Assembly (NCBI RefSeq): GCF_009914755.1
Contig: NC_060943.1
Direction: 5' to 3' (one strand)
Length of the DNA: 64,000 nt
Origin: the human T2T-CHM13v2.0 reference genome, Homo sapiens
Under the pieces are notes generated by a model that was not told the DNA's origin, did not search any database, and saw only the letters and a list, made by a program, of their open reading frames with translations. The translations under genes and the position numbers were made by a program. Shown here in pieces: positions 18,556-43,906 of the stretch. The stretch's first letter is position 1; each line of letters opens with the position of its first letter.

Positions 18556-18690
18556 CTCCTTCCCGGGGCAGCGGCGAGGGGGCCCGGCCCCGGCGGCGGC
18601 GGTGGCGGCGGCTGCGGCTGGGCTGGCTCCCTCCGAGGGGCCGGGAGGCGGCAGTGAGCCTGGCCCCGCGCCACCCCCCGCCGCCGGCGG
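18556..18690 (-). other. ZBTB7A: Probable alternative non-coding first exon of ZBTB7A
   Basis: Donor GAG|gtagga at 18556. GCC-repeat, 5'UTR-like sequence. CCAAT (18691-18695) and octamer ATGCAAAT (18721-18728) immediately upstream. Confidence 0.5.
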
Positions 18691-19160
18691 CCAATCCCCA
18701 CCCGGGCTGGGGGGAGGGCGATGCAAATTACCCCGGATCTGGGTCCGCCCGCCCGCCTCCCCCACGCCCGGGCCCGGCCTGCGCTAGGCCGCGCATCCCC
18801 GGGCTCGCCTGCACCGCGCGGCCGCCCGGGCCGCCGCCCTCCCCGGGGAGCGCGGGGAGGGTGACCCCCCCCCCACGGGCGGGGGGCCGAGGGGAGGGGG
18901 GCTGGGGACGGTTACACAACCAGGCGGGGAGGGGCCCCGGGGCGGGGAGGGGGCCGGCCCGCGGGCCGCGCAGCCGGAAGCCGGGACCGCCACCGGCCCC
19001 CGGCGAGGGGAGCCCGGCTCCAGGCCCCGCCCCCTGGCGGGCTGGCCCCGCCCCCGCGCCGCGCCGCGCGATCGGCCCGCGCCCATTGGCTCTCCGGCCC
19101 GCCGCTCACCGCCCCTCCTCCGCACCGCCCCTACCCGCAGGCCGCGGCGGGCTGTCGGCG

Positions 19161-19248
19161 CGGGGCACCCTGGGACTTGTAGTCCAAGCCGCTTGCCACC
19201 TGCCGGCTGCAAACGGCGGAGGGACTACGAAGCCCAGAGGTCCCTGCG
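19161..19248. promoter_or_regulatory. Pair of divergent ZNF143/THAP11-type ACTACA-n-CCCAG motifs
   Basis: Minus strand GACTACAAGTCCCAGGGTGC (19184-19165) and plus strand GACTACGAAGCCCAGAGG (19223-19240). Both resemble the ACTACAnnTCCCA motif. Confidence 0.65.
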
Positions 19249-19807
19249 GCCCTGCCCGCCCACCCGGACACCCCACCCCTTCCCCCTCCTTTCCGAAGCC
19301 CCCCTCCCTGTTTTTTCAGCCCCCTCCCCCCCATCCCCCATGGAGCTCAATCCTGGCCAACTCCAACGTATGCACGCAGCACCGAATAGGCCCCCGGGGG
19401 GCGAGAGCGCCCCTCGTCTTCAGCTGGAAACTTAGCAGGCGACGCGCCCCCCTATCTCCCCACGCCGGCTCCCCCCACCCTCAATGCAGCCCTGCTTCCC
19501 CTCCCCCGCTCCCCGCGCGCCTGGGAGCCCCGAAAAGCCATGCACCCGGGTTGGGGGGGGCTGGCGCACAAGCTCATGCACTTAGCCCCCAATCCCCCCT
19601 TCCCGGGCGGCGCCCCCTCCCCGCGCTCGGGATCCAGGGCGCCTCCAGCCTCCGGGCAGCTGCCAACCACCCCTTCCTCTGAAACTTGGGGGAACGTCCC
19701 CGGCTCCCCGGATCTCCCCTTCCCGAGGGGGCAGCGGTGGCCGCAGCGACCCCCGCCCGTCCCCGCCCTGCACCCCGTGCCGGGGGCCGCGCCGGGCGCT
19801 GACTTAC

Positions 19808-20025
19808 CTCGCGGGGCCGGGCCGGGGCGCGCGGGGCCGGGGCCCGAAGTTGGGACTGGGCTCCCTCGGCCGCTCGCCTCCGGGGTCCGCGGCGCTCGCT
19901 CTGCCCGCGTCGCGCTGCCCTGGTCGCTCCCTCGCGCGGCGGCGGCGGCGTCACTGCCCCTACAGTAACTGTACAGTACAGCCAAAGCCCCGTATGATGC
20001 TCGCGACTCCCTTCCTGGTTTCTCC
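19808..20025 (-). other. ZBTB7A: ZBTB7A non-coding exon 1 (5' end approximate)
   Basis: Strong consensus donor GAG|gtaagt at 19808 inside the CpG island. No ATG on the minus strand in this interval. The TSS cannot be fixed from sequence. Confidence 0.8.
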
Positions 20026-21605
20026 GAGGGCAAGAGGGGTCCTCCCTTGTCTTAAAGGTGCCGCAGCCGCCGGCCCCCCCACGCCCAGCCCGCCCCCCCC
20101 AGCCTGGCCTCGGAGGCCAGAACAGGCTCGGCAGGTCCCCTCTTGCCACGTCTCTGCCCTCCCGTGGGGCTTCGCCCGCTGCGCCGGGGAGACCGGGCTG
20201 TTATTAGGTTTTGTCAAGTCGGGGGGGGGGGTCCGGCCCGCCCCGGCGCGCCCCCCCGCCTCTGACCTCTCCGCCCCGCCGCGCGGCGCCGTGCCAGCTT
20301 GCCAGCTTATCTGGCCCCAGAGCTCCCCGGGGCGCGGGGGGAGCGGGCCCCCCGGGGTGGAGGGGGGGTGGGGGCCTCCAGATAAACAGGCCCCCAGCCT
20401 CTGCGCAGGGGCGGGGTGCGGGGGGGCGCGGGCTGTGCCCCCGACGCCCGGGGCGTGGCAGGATGGCAGCGGGGGCGGGGAGCGCGGTGCGCACAGCGAG
20501 GAGCGACGCGGGCGTGTGGGTCGCGCGGCCTGGGCTGCCGGGGGTGGGTTGGGGGTGAGGCGGTGGGGATCCCCCCGCAAGGCCAGGCCCTGGGCCTCCC
20601 CGGGCCTCAGTGGGACTTGCCGCGCCAGGGACCCCGGGGGGTGGCCTTGCCAAGGACAGCCCGGGTCCGCGGGGCTCCCGGGTCCCTAAATGAAACCACC
20701 AACCTGCCCTCCCGCGATTATATAAAGGAGTCGCCTCCACCCCGCTGCGCTAGGGGCGTCAGCGGGGGAAGGGGTTGGCGAGGGGCGGGGAGGGCGGTTG
20801 TTTTCCCGGCTTCGCGAGTTCCCCCACCCGGCTGCGGGCCGCGGGGCGGGACGGGGACCGGGCCCTGGACGCCTGGTCCGCGCGGGCCGCTCCTTGGCAC
20901 AAGGGGGTCTGCATGGCTCGCGAGGGGCGGAGGTGGGGAGTGGGGAGGCGTTGGTTCAGCGCGACTTTTTTTTTTCCCCTGTCCGTTTCTCCCACTTCCT
21001 CCCCGGTCGTGGGAGAGGTCCGGCGGGGGACAGGGAAGGGGGAGCAGGGCACGAGTGGTGAGAACGTCCTGGCCCGGCCCGGGGAGGGCTGGCTGGTGCG
21101 ACCGCGCGCCTGGGGGGGGGGGGGAGGGCTCCAGGACTCAGTTTCCCCTTCCTCATTCCTCCAGACAGAGAGAGTACTGACAGCTGCTTTAGCTGCCGTT
21201 TAGTGAGCGCTTATCCAGTGGGTGACCCTGTTCCGGGGCTCACTGTGCCTTCATTCTAACACCTAATCCCAGGGTCATTATTATGTTTTATTATTATCTG
21301 GCATTCTTAGTACCAACACCACCTGACAGCGGGAACCACCACCGGCCTGGGTGTAGTGTACCCAGCCTGTCCTCTGACTTCAAAGCCTCTCCTGCGAGAG
21401 ACACAGTTTATGGCTTCTTCGCACAATTTATTAAAAGCGCCTTTCAACACCCAAACGGGTTGGATTGGCTTTTGTAATAATAATCTGGCTACGAGGGGAA
21501 ACCCGGGAGGGCCCCCCGGAGGGGAAGTGGACTGTCTCAGGACTCGCAGCCTGAAACCAGCCGGGTAGGTGGGAAGGGACCCAGGGAGGGGCCGCGTGGA
21601 TCTAG

Positions 21606-22270
<665 letters not shown>

Positions 22271-23001
22271 ACGCCCAGGCTCTAAGCTCTACATGGTCTA
22301 ACTTCCCCCACACCAGGAGCAGCAGGTGACTCAGTTTCCCCTCTTGTACCACCAGCCTCAGATCCGATCCTGCAGGAAAAGGATCGAGAAAGCCCCACTC
22401 GGATTCTCCATGGTGAGAACCTGACTCAGAGGGGCAGGGGCTCCTCTGTGAGACGGGCATGGACCCTAATCCTCATCGCAGCCCTGAGAAGAAGCAGAGA
22501 CTACAATTTCCACCATACAGTTGGGGAAACTGAGGCCCAGAGATGGACAAGGAGCAAGGATGTTAAGTCCAGCATTCGCGTGTCTCTGGACGCTGCCAGG
22601 GGGACCAAAGGGAGGTCCTTCAGGAAGTGCCAGGATGTGGCACACCCCAAACCACGCCCCCCGCCCCTGTCATGAAAACAGAACGAAGGGGACCCAAAGC
22701 TTCCTCCTGACCTCTGCCCTTCACTTCCTTTTTCCTCCCCCAACCAAAAAAAAAAAAAAAAAAAAAAAACCCGAGTTGATACTATTGAAAACCTAATAAA
22801 GTATAAAAGATTGGGTTGCTGTGTGATCTTGGGCAGGTTGCTTAACCTCTCTGATCCTCAGACTCCTTTGGAGAGAAGAATCGATGCAACTTCCTAGTGT
22901 TGTGACAAGGGAGAAATGAGACGGTGCATGGAACGCTGAGACAGCACAACCCCTGCACCAGGGAGGTCTTCATTACATGATAGGTGTGATTATATTATTA
23001 A

Positions 23002-29993
<6,992 letters not shown>

Positions 29994-30406
29994 TGGGAGA
30001 AATACTTTCTGAGCTGCTGATTTCTCCATGGCTTCTGAATTCATAGCGGTTGGGGAGATGGTGCCTGGGTATTTTCACCTGGGCAGCTGCTAAGAGGTGA
30101 CTTCTATTTGTTCCAGAAGACAGAAGCCTTGGTAGCTATGCTGGGACTGGATCCGTGTCCACCACACCACTCAGAATTCCCATCTGCAATGGGTCCCTTC
30201 TGCCCCGTTTTTACCAAGCCCAGTTCCCTCTCTGCAACTGAGAGGCAGCCTCTTGCCCCACCCCCTCTCTTCCAGACTGGATGGCTGCCTCCCAGGCACC
30301 TCTCAGGACCTGGCCACAGAGCTCCAAAGCCCAGGGCCTGCTGCCTTTTGGGTCATGGCTCAGGGCCCAGTCTCTACCTCTCTCTGTGGCCCAGTACCCT
30401 TTAGCT

Positions 30407-30610
30407 CAGGAGGTCTCATCTGGAGTGACTCTGCCTCCTTCCAGGCGATACTGGGTGATATCTGGAGACATTTTTAGGTGTTGTGATTGGGGAGGGGGTG
30501 GGTGGAGGCCAGGGACACAGCTCAGCACCCTGCAGTGCCCAGGACGGACCCACCCCAGAGGTTGATCAGGTCCCATAGTGTCCACCACACCGAGGGGCTG
30601 AAATTCTAGC
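30407..30610 (+). mobile_element. MER20 hAT DNA transposon
   Basis: atatctggagacatttt...gtggaggccagggacacagctcagcaccctgcagtgcccaggac. Confidence 0.8.
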
Positions 30611-31119
30611 CTGGGTCTAACTTCAGTCTTGCTCGCTGTAGAAGGCACCCACACACTTCTCTCCTCTCTGTGCTCTGCAGAGAAGAAAAGCCACTGGCCA
30701 GTGACCCCTGGACAAGGCAGGACTTCAGCCATCCACTGCCCTCCACCACCACCCCTGGGCACCCCCTTGTCCAAAGCAGACAGTCTCTACTCTGGGATAA
30801 GGGGGGGACCCTGGCCCCAGGCTTTACCCACTTTGGGGTGATTCCTGGACCCTGGAGATGGACCCCAAGGGTCACCCTCACCCCACGGGACCTCCCAACA
30901 ATGGACAAGGCCAGTCTGTCCTCTCCCCCAGCCCCCAGTTGTGCAGAATCCTCAACATGGCACCCCCAGTGTGGAGCTGAAGACTCCAGACTTCAGGGGT
31001 GGGGGCGGGGCTGTGGGAGGGGAGATCATGGCTGCGGTTCTGGTCCAGCCAGACCTCCTGGGTTTGTTCTTTTTTTAAGAACCACCGCAATTTAAAGAGC
31101 GGAGTCCTCCCTCCCTGCA

Positions 31120-31460
31120 GCCCACCTGCCACGTGGGCTGGCCCCTGTTCCCCTCTCCTTCTCTCCGTCTCTGCCTGCCGGGCTTGGGCTGCGGGGGCCG
31201 GAGCTTCCGTTTCACTTTGGTATCACCGGTTTCACTTTCAGGGCTGGGGACAGAGAGAGGAGAAGAGGGACAGAGAGATGGACAGAGCCGGGGAGGGTGG
31301 CCTTGTTAAGTCGGGGGCCGGGGAGGGGTCCACCACCTGCCGCTCCTTTTCCTGACCTTCCTGACCTTCTTCTGGCCTGGCCGGGGCGGGGGGGGGGGGG
31401 GGGGGTCCTGGAAGTCAAGGTCATGGGGTCAAGGTCAAGTTCTCCCTGTGTGACCTTGGG
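31120..31460. promoter_or_regulatory. Candidate enhancer: E-box, tandem IRF sites, nuclear-receptor repeats, G18 tract
   Basis: GCCACGTGG (31128-31136); GTTTCACTTT twice (31209, 31229); TGACCTtccTGACCT (31353-31367); TCAAGGTCAtgGGGTCAAGGTCA (31415-31437). Confidence 0.6.
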
Positions 31461-32165
31461 TGGGAGAAGCAACTTCCCACTATCCCTGAGCCTCCTTTCC
31501 TGAACCCCTCAGTTACCCAAAAGTGGGGCTAAGAATCACGTACACCCCACCCGGCGCTGGGAAGTTCAAAGATTCCTCCAGCACCGCGGACCATCCCATA
31601 ATGTCCCCGTGGGAGGGGGCGGGGCCAACTCCCAGGCAGAACAGGATGTCGGCCGCTCCTTTGGCCAGGGAGAGACCCTTGGCCCAGAAACCACCGGGAA
31701 GGAGGCTCCGGGCTGCCCGAGTCCCGAGCCCGGGATGAGCCACTGTCCCCCAGAACCCCCAGCGGAGGCTGGAGCTCTGTCCGCTAGCAGATCCAGGCTG
31801 GAAATTCAGTTGGGCATGGCCTTGTCCCACCCCACCTCCATCCCCACCCCACCCTCAGGTCCTTCCTGCTTGGTGGGGGCCTGGGGCTTGAGCCACTCAC
31901 TCAAGAGCAGGGACTGGGACCCACTGACCTCCCTGTCCCCAGCACCCCCACAGGGCCCAGTCAAGGTGGGGCAGGTGCTTGGTGCTGGTCAGACAGGATA
32001 GGGGAGTGACCATTTGCATGTCAATATCAATAACATATCTCGGTAGAGATAGGCGGTTAGTCTGTGTCAAAATGTGAGAGGGCGGTAGTTTTCTTTTTTT
32101 TTTTTTTTAACAGCTTTATTGAGATATAATTCACATGCCATGCAATTCACCCATTTAGAGTATAG

Positions 32166-34549
<2,384 letters not shown>

Positions 34550-34674
34550 CTAGGACTCCAGTCTAATCTCCCTTGCAGGGTTCCACATTCAGGATCTCCT
34601 CTTTCCTCAGCCCACCTGGCTCTGGCACTAGGATCTTATGAAATCCCAGGGAGCTCCCTCCTGTGTCTGTGATC

Positions 34675-35208
34675 ATTGCTCCTCCTCCCTTCTCCTTGAT
34701 GCTCCTCCTCCCTTCTCCCTCCTCCTAGATGCTCCTCCTCCTCCCTCCCGCCTCCTCCTTGCCCCTCCTCCCTCCTCCTCCCTGCCCCTCCTCCCTCCTC
34801 CCTGCTCTTCCTTCCTCCCTCCTACTCCCCCCTCCTCCTCCTTGCCTCTCCTCCCTCCTCCCTGCTCTTCTCTGCTCCTCCTTCCTCCCTCCTACTCCCC
34901 CTTCTCCTCTTTGCCTCTCCTCCCTCCTCCTTTCCTCTCCTCCCTCCTCCCCCCTGCTCCTCCTTCCTCCCTCCTACTCCTCCCTCCTCCTCTTTGCCTC
35001 TGCTCCCTCCTCCCTGCCCCTCCTCCCTGCTCTTCCTTCCTCCCTCCTCCTCCTTCTTGCTCCTTCTTCCTCCCTACTCACCCCTGCTCCTCCTCTCTCC
35101 TCTTCCCTACTCCTCCTCCCTCCCCCTACTCTTCCCTGTTCCTCCTCCTTCCTCCTCTCTGCCCCTCCTCCCTCCTCCTCCATGCCCCTCCTCCCTCCTT
35201 CCTCCTCC
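34675..35208. repeat. CT-rich (CCT/CCCT)n low-complexity tract
   Basis: About 530 bp, nearly all pyrimidine, with recurring ctcctccctcctccctgctcttc units. Confidence 0.95.
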
Positions 35209-35686
35209 AAGAGCCCAGGGAGCCCAGTGTCCGTGGGGACAGAGCTGCAAAGGCCTGACAGGAAGGGTCTCCCGAGGCCTGAGAAACGGTGTGAGCTTGG
35301 TATTCCGGGAGGAAGGGGGACCCAGGACAGCCACTCAGGGCCCAGCCTTTGTCTCTGCACAGAGCTCAAACTGGCTTGAGGGAGGAAGGGAAGGCGACCT
35401 GGACGGCGGTGTTCCTGGGAGTGCGAGTTCCAGATAGTTCTAGATACTGACGGAAGTTGCGGCAACATCTGCATTTGAACCTGCCACTGCTCCAGGCCTG
35501 GTGACCTCCAGCCTTTAACCTTTGTGTGCAGTGAGCCTTACTCCAAGAGGCAACCAGCCACCAGCCACCAGCCACACTCAGGGGGCCCAGTAGGGACCCC
35601 GTGCCTTGGAGGGCCCTCAGTGCCATCTTGGCAGCGATGCCACAGCTCAGGAGGTTGTGCCAGGGGCTTTCAAAGCTGCCCCCCTT

Positions 35687-36034
<348 letters not shown>

Positions 36035-37429
36035 TCAGCTTCATGGCCATATTTTGAACCTCGTTGCTCCCAGCCCGCGCCCCCAGCCAGGCTGGGCCTC
36101 TCCAAGGGCCCCTGTCACCCAGTCCTGCCACCCAGCCTTTGCTGACACCGTTGCCCATGTTGGCCCCGCCACTGTTGGGAATGTCCTCTCCAGCCCTCAG
36201 CTGTGGATTCCCCTCCTTCCCAGGACTTCTCCTCTAGGTGCTGGCTAAATTTGCCTTTAGCCCTTAGGGCGGCTATAAATTCTAATTTCTGGGCCCGAGC
36301 GAGCGCCGTGGGGAGGCTGCAGGCTCCCCAGCGATGGACAGGGGCTCTTATCTTTTAGGATCCCACAGAGCACTGCAGAAAAGCCCCAAATATTTGTGGG
36401 TCACGAAGGCAGTGTCCTGTCAGGGGAGACAGCAGGATGGTGGGACCACAGGATCGTCCATGTCTTCCCTGGGGGAGGTTCGAGTCACCTTCAGAAGGTC
36501 ACCTAACTTGCAGGGACTCCGCTGCCGCAGAGGTTGTGTGGGGAGAGGCAAACCTGGTCAGCCTATTTTGTGGGGTGCAAACAGAAGGGATGTGGGCCTC
36601 CTCGGAAGTCTGCAGAGAGGATTCGCTCCTCCGTGGACGCTTCTCTCTTTTCTTGAGCCTGTGATGAGTTCCTTTGCAAACAGGGAAACTGAGGCTCTCA
36701 GAGGGGATTCTATCTTCCCCAAGGTCACAGGCCCAAGGACAGCAGAAATATCGTCAGGCCTGTGGTCCTGATGTTCAAACAGGAGGCCCTGGCTGGCCGC
36801 AGCGACTCACGCCTATAATCCCAGCACACTGGGATCAGAAGGATTGCTTGGGGCCAGGAGTTCCAGGAGTTTCAGGCCAGCCTGGGCAATACGGTGAGAC
36901 CCCATCTCTACGAGAAAGTTTCAAAAAATGAGCTGGGCATGGTGGCGCGCGCCTGCAGTCCCAGTTACTCAGGAGGCTGAGGCAGGAGGATCGCTGGAAC
37001 CTGGGAGGCGGAGGCTGAAGTGAGCTATGATGGCGCGCCACTGCCCTCCAGCCTGGGCAACAGAGTGAGACCCTGCCTCAAACAAAAACATAAACAAAAC
37101 AGGAGGCCCTGCTCTCCTGAGGGGCTGGTGGTGAGTCACTGGTAGATGGGAGAGAGCTGGGGTCAGGGTCCCAGCTGGGGGGGTGGGTCCTCACCTGTGC
37201 TACCCTCCAGGGGGCCTCTCTCCAGGCCTCTGTCCCTCCCCTGGGAAGCCTGGCAGAAACCTGAGACTGGGCCTCCAGTTCCAGGTCGCCACTGGGCCCA
37301 GGCCTCTCCTGTCCGCCTGCCAGGGACTGCGGAACAGGTAACTCCTGCGCCACCCTAAACCCACCTGGCCTGTTGCTCCAGGTGCGGCCTGGAGGCCCCG
37401 GGGCCTGCACACCTGGTCAGCTCAGAGGC

Positions 37430-37705
37430 CAGGAAGAGGAGCGGAGGGAGGGGTGGGGCCGCCGGCCGCTGCTGGTTTCGTTTTGAGCCGGGCCCCTTCT
37501 TCCTCCCTCCCTCCCACTCCTCGCCAGACCCCTGCATTCTGGGAAAGGCTGTGACAACTTCCTCTGAACTCTCCTTAACCTGCCCTGGAGCCCAGGGCCT
37601 CCAGGAGGCTGAGTTCCGCCTGCGGGACCTGAGGCTTCCTGCAGGTCACACACCTCCACCCCTGGCCACGTGGCCCTAGACCGCCCACCTTCTAGAAGCT
37701 TCTTT
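37430..37705. promoter_or_regulatory. Candidate enhancer: STAT GAS, palindromic E-box, KLF/Sp site and perfect heat-shock element
   Basis: TTCTGGGAA (37537-37545), GGCCACGTGGCC (37664-37675), CCGCCCACC (37681-37689), TTCtaGAAgcTTC (37690-37702); local CpG enrichment. Confidence 0.55.
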
Positions 37706-37821
37706 ATGTGCTGCCCCATCATGTCCCCACCCCGGGTGCAGCTGTCCCCTGCCTGCACCCCCTCCACCCTGTGTCCCAGACTCTGCACACAGGAAACCGC
37801 CCTGGCCCCAGGGAGGGCTGC

Positions 37822-38038
37822 CTGAGACCCCCGCCTCCAACCTGCACTGGGGACATCTGGGCTGGATGGTCCTCGGGAGGTGGGGCTGCCTTGGGCACTG
37901 CAGGGTGCTGGGTGACATCTCTGGCCTCCATCCATTCCATGGCAGGGGCACCCCCTGTCTCGACAACCACAGACGTCTGGGAGTTTCCAAGCCTCCCCTG
38001 GGTGGGGGGACAGAATTGTTCCTGCTAAGATCCAGTGG
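37822..38038 (-). mobile_element. MER20
   Basis: gggcactgcagggtgctggg...ctctggcctccatccattccatggcag...gacaaccacagacgtct. Confidence 0.75.
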
Positions 38039-38093
38039 ATTAAAAGACATCTGTGAGGGGACAGAAATGACTGAGTTTTGTGTCGGCCGGTCA

Positions 38094-42125
<4,032 letters not shown>

Positions 42126-43479
42126 TTTTTTTTTTTTTTTTTTAAGTCATGTGAGACTTTAGGGCAAAACATAAAGGAGAGCAGCCTGGGGAGCTGTTTG
42201 CAGGAGGTGTCAACTCATCTCTTCTTTGGTGTCTGCAGAAAAAAAAAAAAAAAAAAAAGCCACACAAGACTAGAAGGGTCACCCTAAGAAGAAAAGGACA
42301 ATCCAGCAGTTCCCACAGAACCACAAGCCCCCACCTTCTGCTTTGTTTCCTCCAGAAACACAGTTGCCAGCCACCCTTCCCCTACAATTCGCCCGCAGAT
42401 AATATCAGCTTGCTGGTAGTCTCCAGGAAGTACTGAAGGGGGAGGCTCACAGCCTCAAGAGCTTTAGAGAGCTCAGAGGGACCCTAGAACAGCCCAGCTG
42501 CCCACCACACCTAGCCCAGAGGTGGCCTCCTCTATCCGAGCACACAGTCCCGAAGGTAGAAAGGCTGGGCTTTGGATCTCGGACAACCGGAGAAGCAGGC
42601 GATGGGCCTCCGGGAACCCCGAAGACCCCAGGACAAGCCCTCACCGTTTCATCTGCAGCCCACTGCGGCGGAACAGTTCAAAGGCCCGAAAGTGTCACAT
42701 GCCCTGGTGGTCACTTCTGATTTGTTGGGCGAGGAGAGGTGACAGAACCACCCGCCCTGGGCTGGGCCTGCTGCGGACGCAGGGGGAGTGCAGGGCGTGT
42801 CTCGGGACCTGCTGGGGTTTCCAACCAAACCGACAGCTTGGAAAGCCAGCGCTTCCTTTCTGTGGGGCTGAGTCTCAGCTCAGCTGCCACTGCTGGGAGC
42901 CCCCACTCCCTGAAGCGGGGGGACAGGGAGAGGATGGTGCCACGCTGGGGAAGAGGCAGGGGCGGCCTTCCCGCGGAGGCTACGTGACAGGAGCAGTGTA
43001 GAGGAAGTGGTTTCCATCACGGAAGGCCGAAGCTCTGCCTTCCACAGGGGCAGAGATGGTGGCGGGGAGGACACAGAGGGAAACCAGGTGGCATTTCCCT
43101 TCTTTTTTTTCAGTAGCCTTGCTCTGTCACCCATGCCGGAACGCACTGGCACCATCGAGGTTCACTGCAGCCTCAATCCCCTGGGTTCAAGCGATCCTCC
43201 CGCCTTAGGCTCCCAAAGCACTGGAATGACAGGCATGAGCCGCCGCCCCCAGCCTCACTCTCCTTCCTTTTGGCGAGAGCCGCCATCGCCTGGGGGCTCA
43301 CTGCAGGTCTTCATCCCTTGACCCAAAGGGAGAGGCGAGCTCTCCCTAAGGGAGGGCCCTGCGCCCTCCAGCCTCGGCGCCCGGCGATGCGGGTCAGCTC
43401 AGGGATGTCCTCTCCGTGCTGGGCTGAAGCAAAGCCCAGCACCCAACGCCGAACGGAAGAAAGAAGCAGGATGGCGCGG

Positions 43480-43756
43480 TTTGCTTTTTCTCTCCCTGTT
43501 TTGTTTTGTAACCTAAGGAAGCAGAGCCTCTGAGACCACACACAGCAGCGTCGCCCGTCCCCAGAGGCACCCCGGCCAGGACGGGCAGGAGAGGAGACCC
43601 CCGTTCCTGCATGCGCTGTCGCCCCGCCACGGTGCTCTCCGCAGGGGTGAGGCAGGAGGGTGGGTGGAGGCGCCAGCCTGTCCTCAGCTGGAAGGGCGGG
43701 GCATGGACAGGGACGGTGGGCAGGTCACCAGCGGGACGCAGGGAGCCCGGCCACTG
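43480..43756 (-). other. MAP2K2: MAP2K2 3'UTR (3' end approximate)
   Basis: Follows TGA at 43759-43757. An A-rich tract (TTACAAAACAAAACAGGGAGAGAAAAAGCAAA) followed by U/GU-rich sequence is the likely end. Confidence 0.65.

Positions 43757-43906
<150 letters not shown>

Larger units (their letters stand above)
17950..21130. promoter_or_regulatory. ZBTB7A: CpG island / ZBTB7A promoter region with multiple GC boxes and G-tracts
   Basis: About 3 kb of very high GC and CpG density, free of repeats, spanning exon 1. Many GGGGCGGGG/CCCCGCCCC Sp/KLF motifs. Confidence 0.9.

Noticed and set aside
17420-21203. Many long Pro/Arg/Gly-rich ORFs on both strands
   Set aside because: Stop-codon depletion in a CpG island; mostly non-ATG starts; no family resemblance.
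22746-22769. Orphan poly-A tracts (also 42239-42258) as possible processed pseudogene tails
   Set aside because: No recognisable upstream mRNA-derived sequence or TSD.
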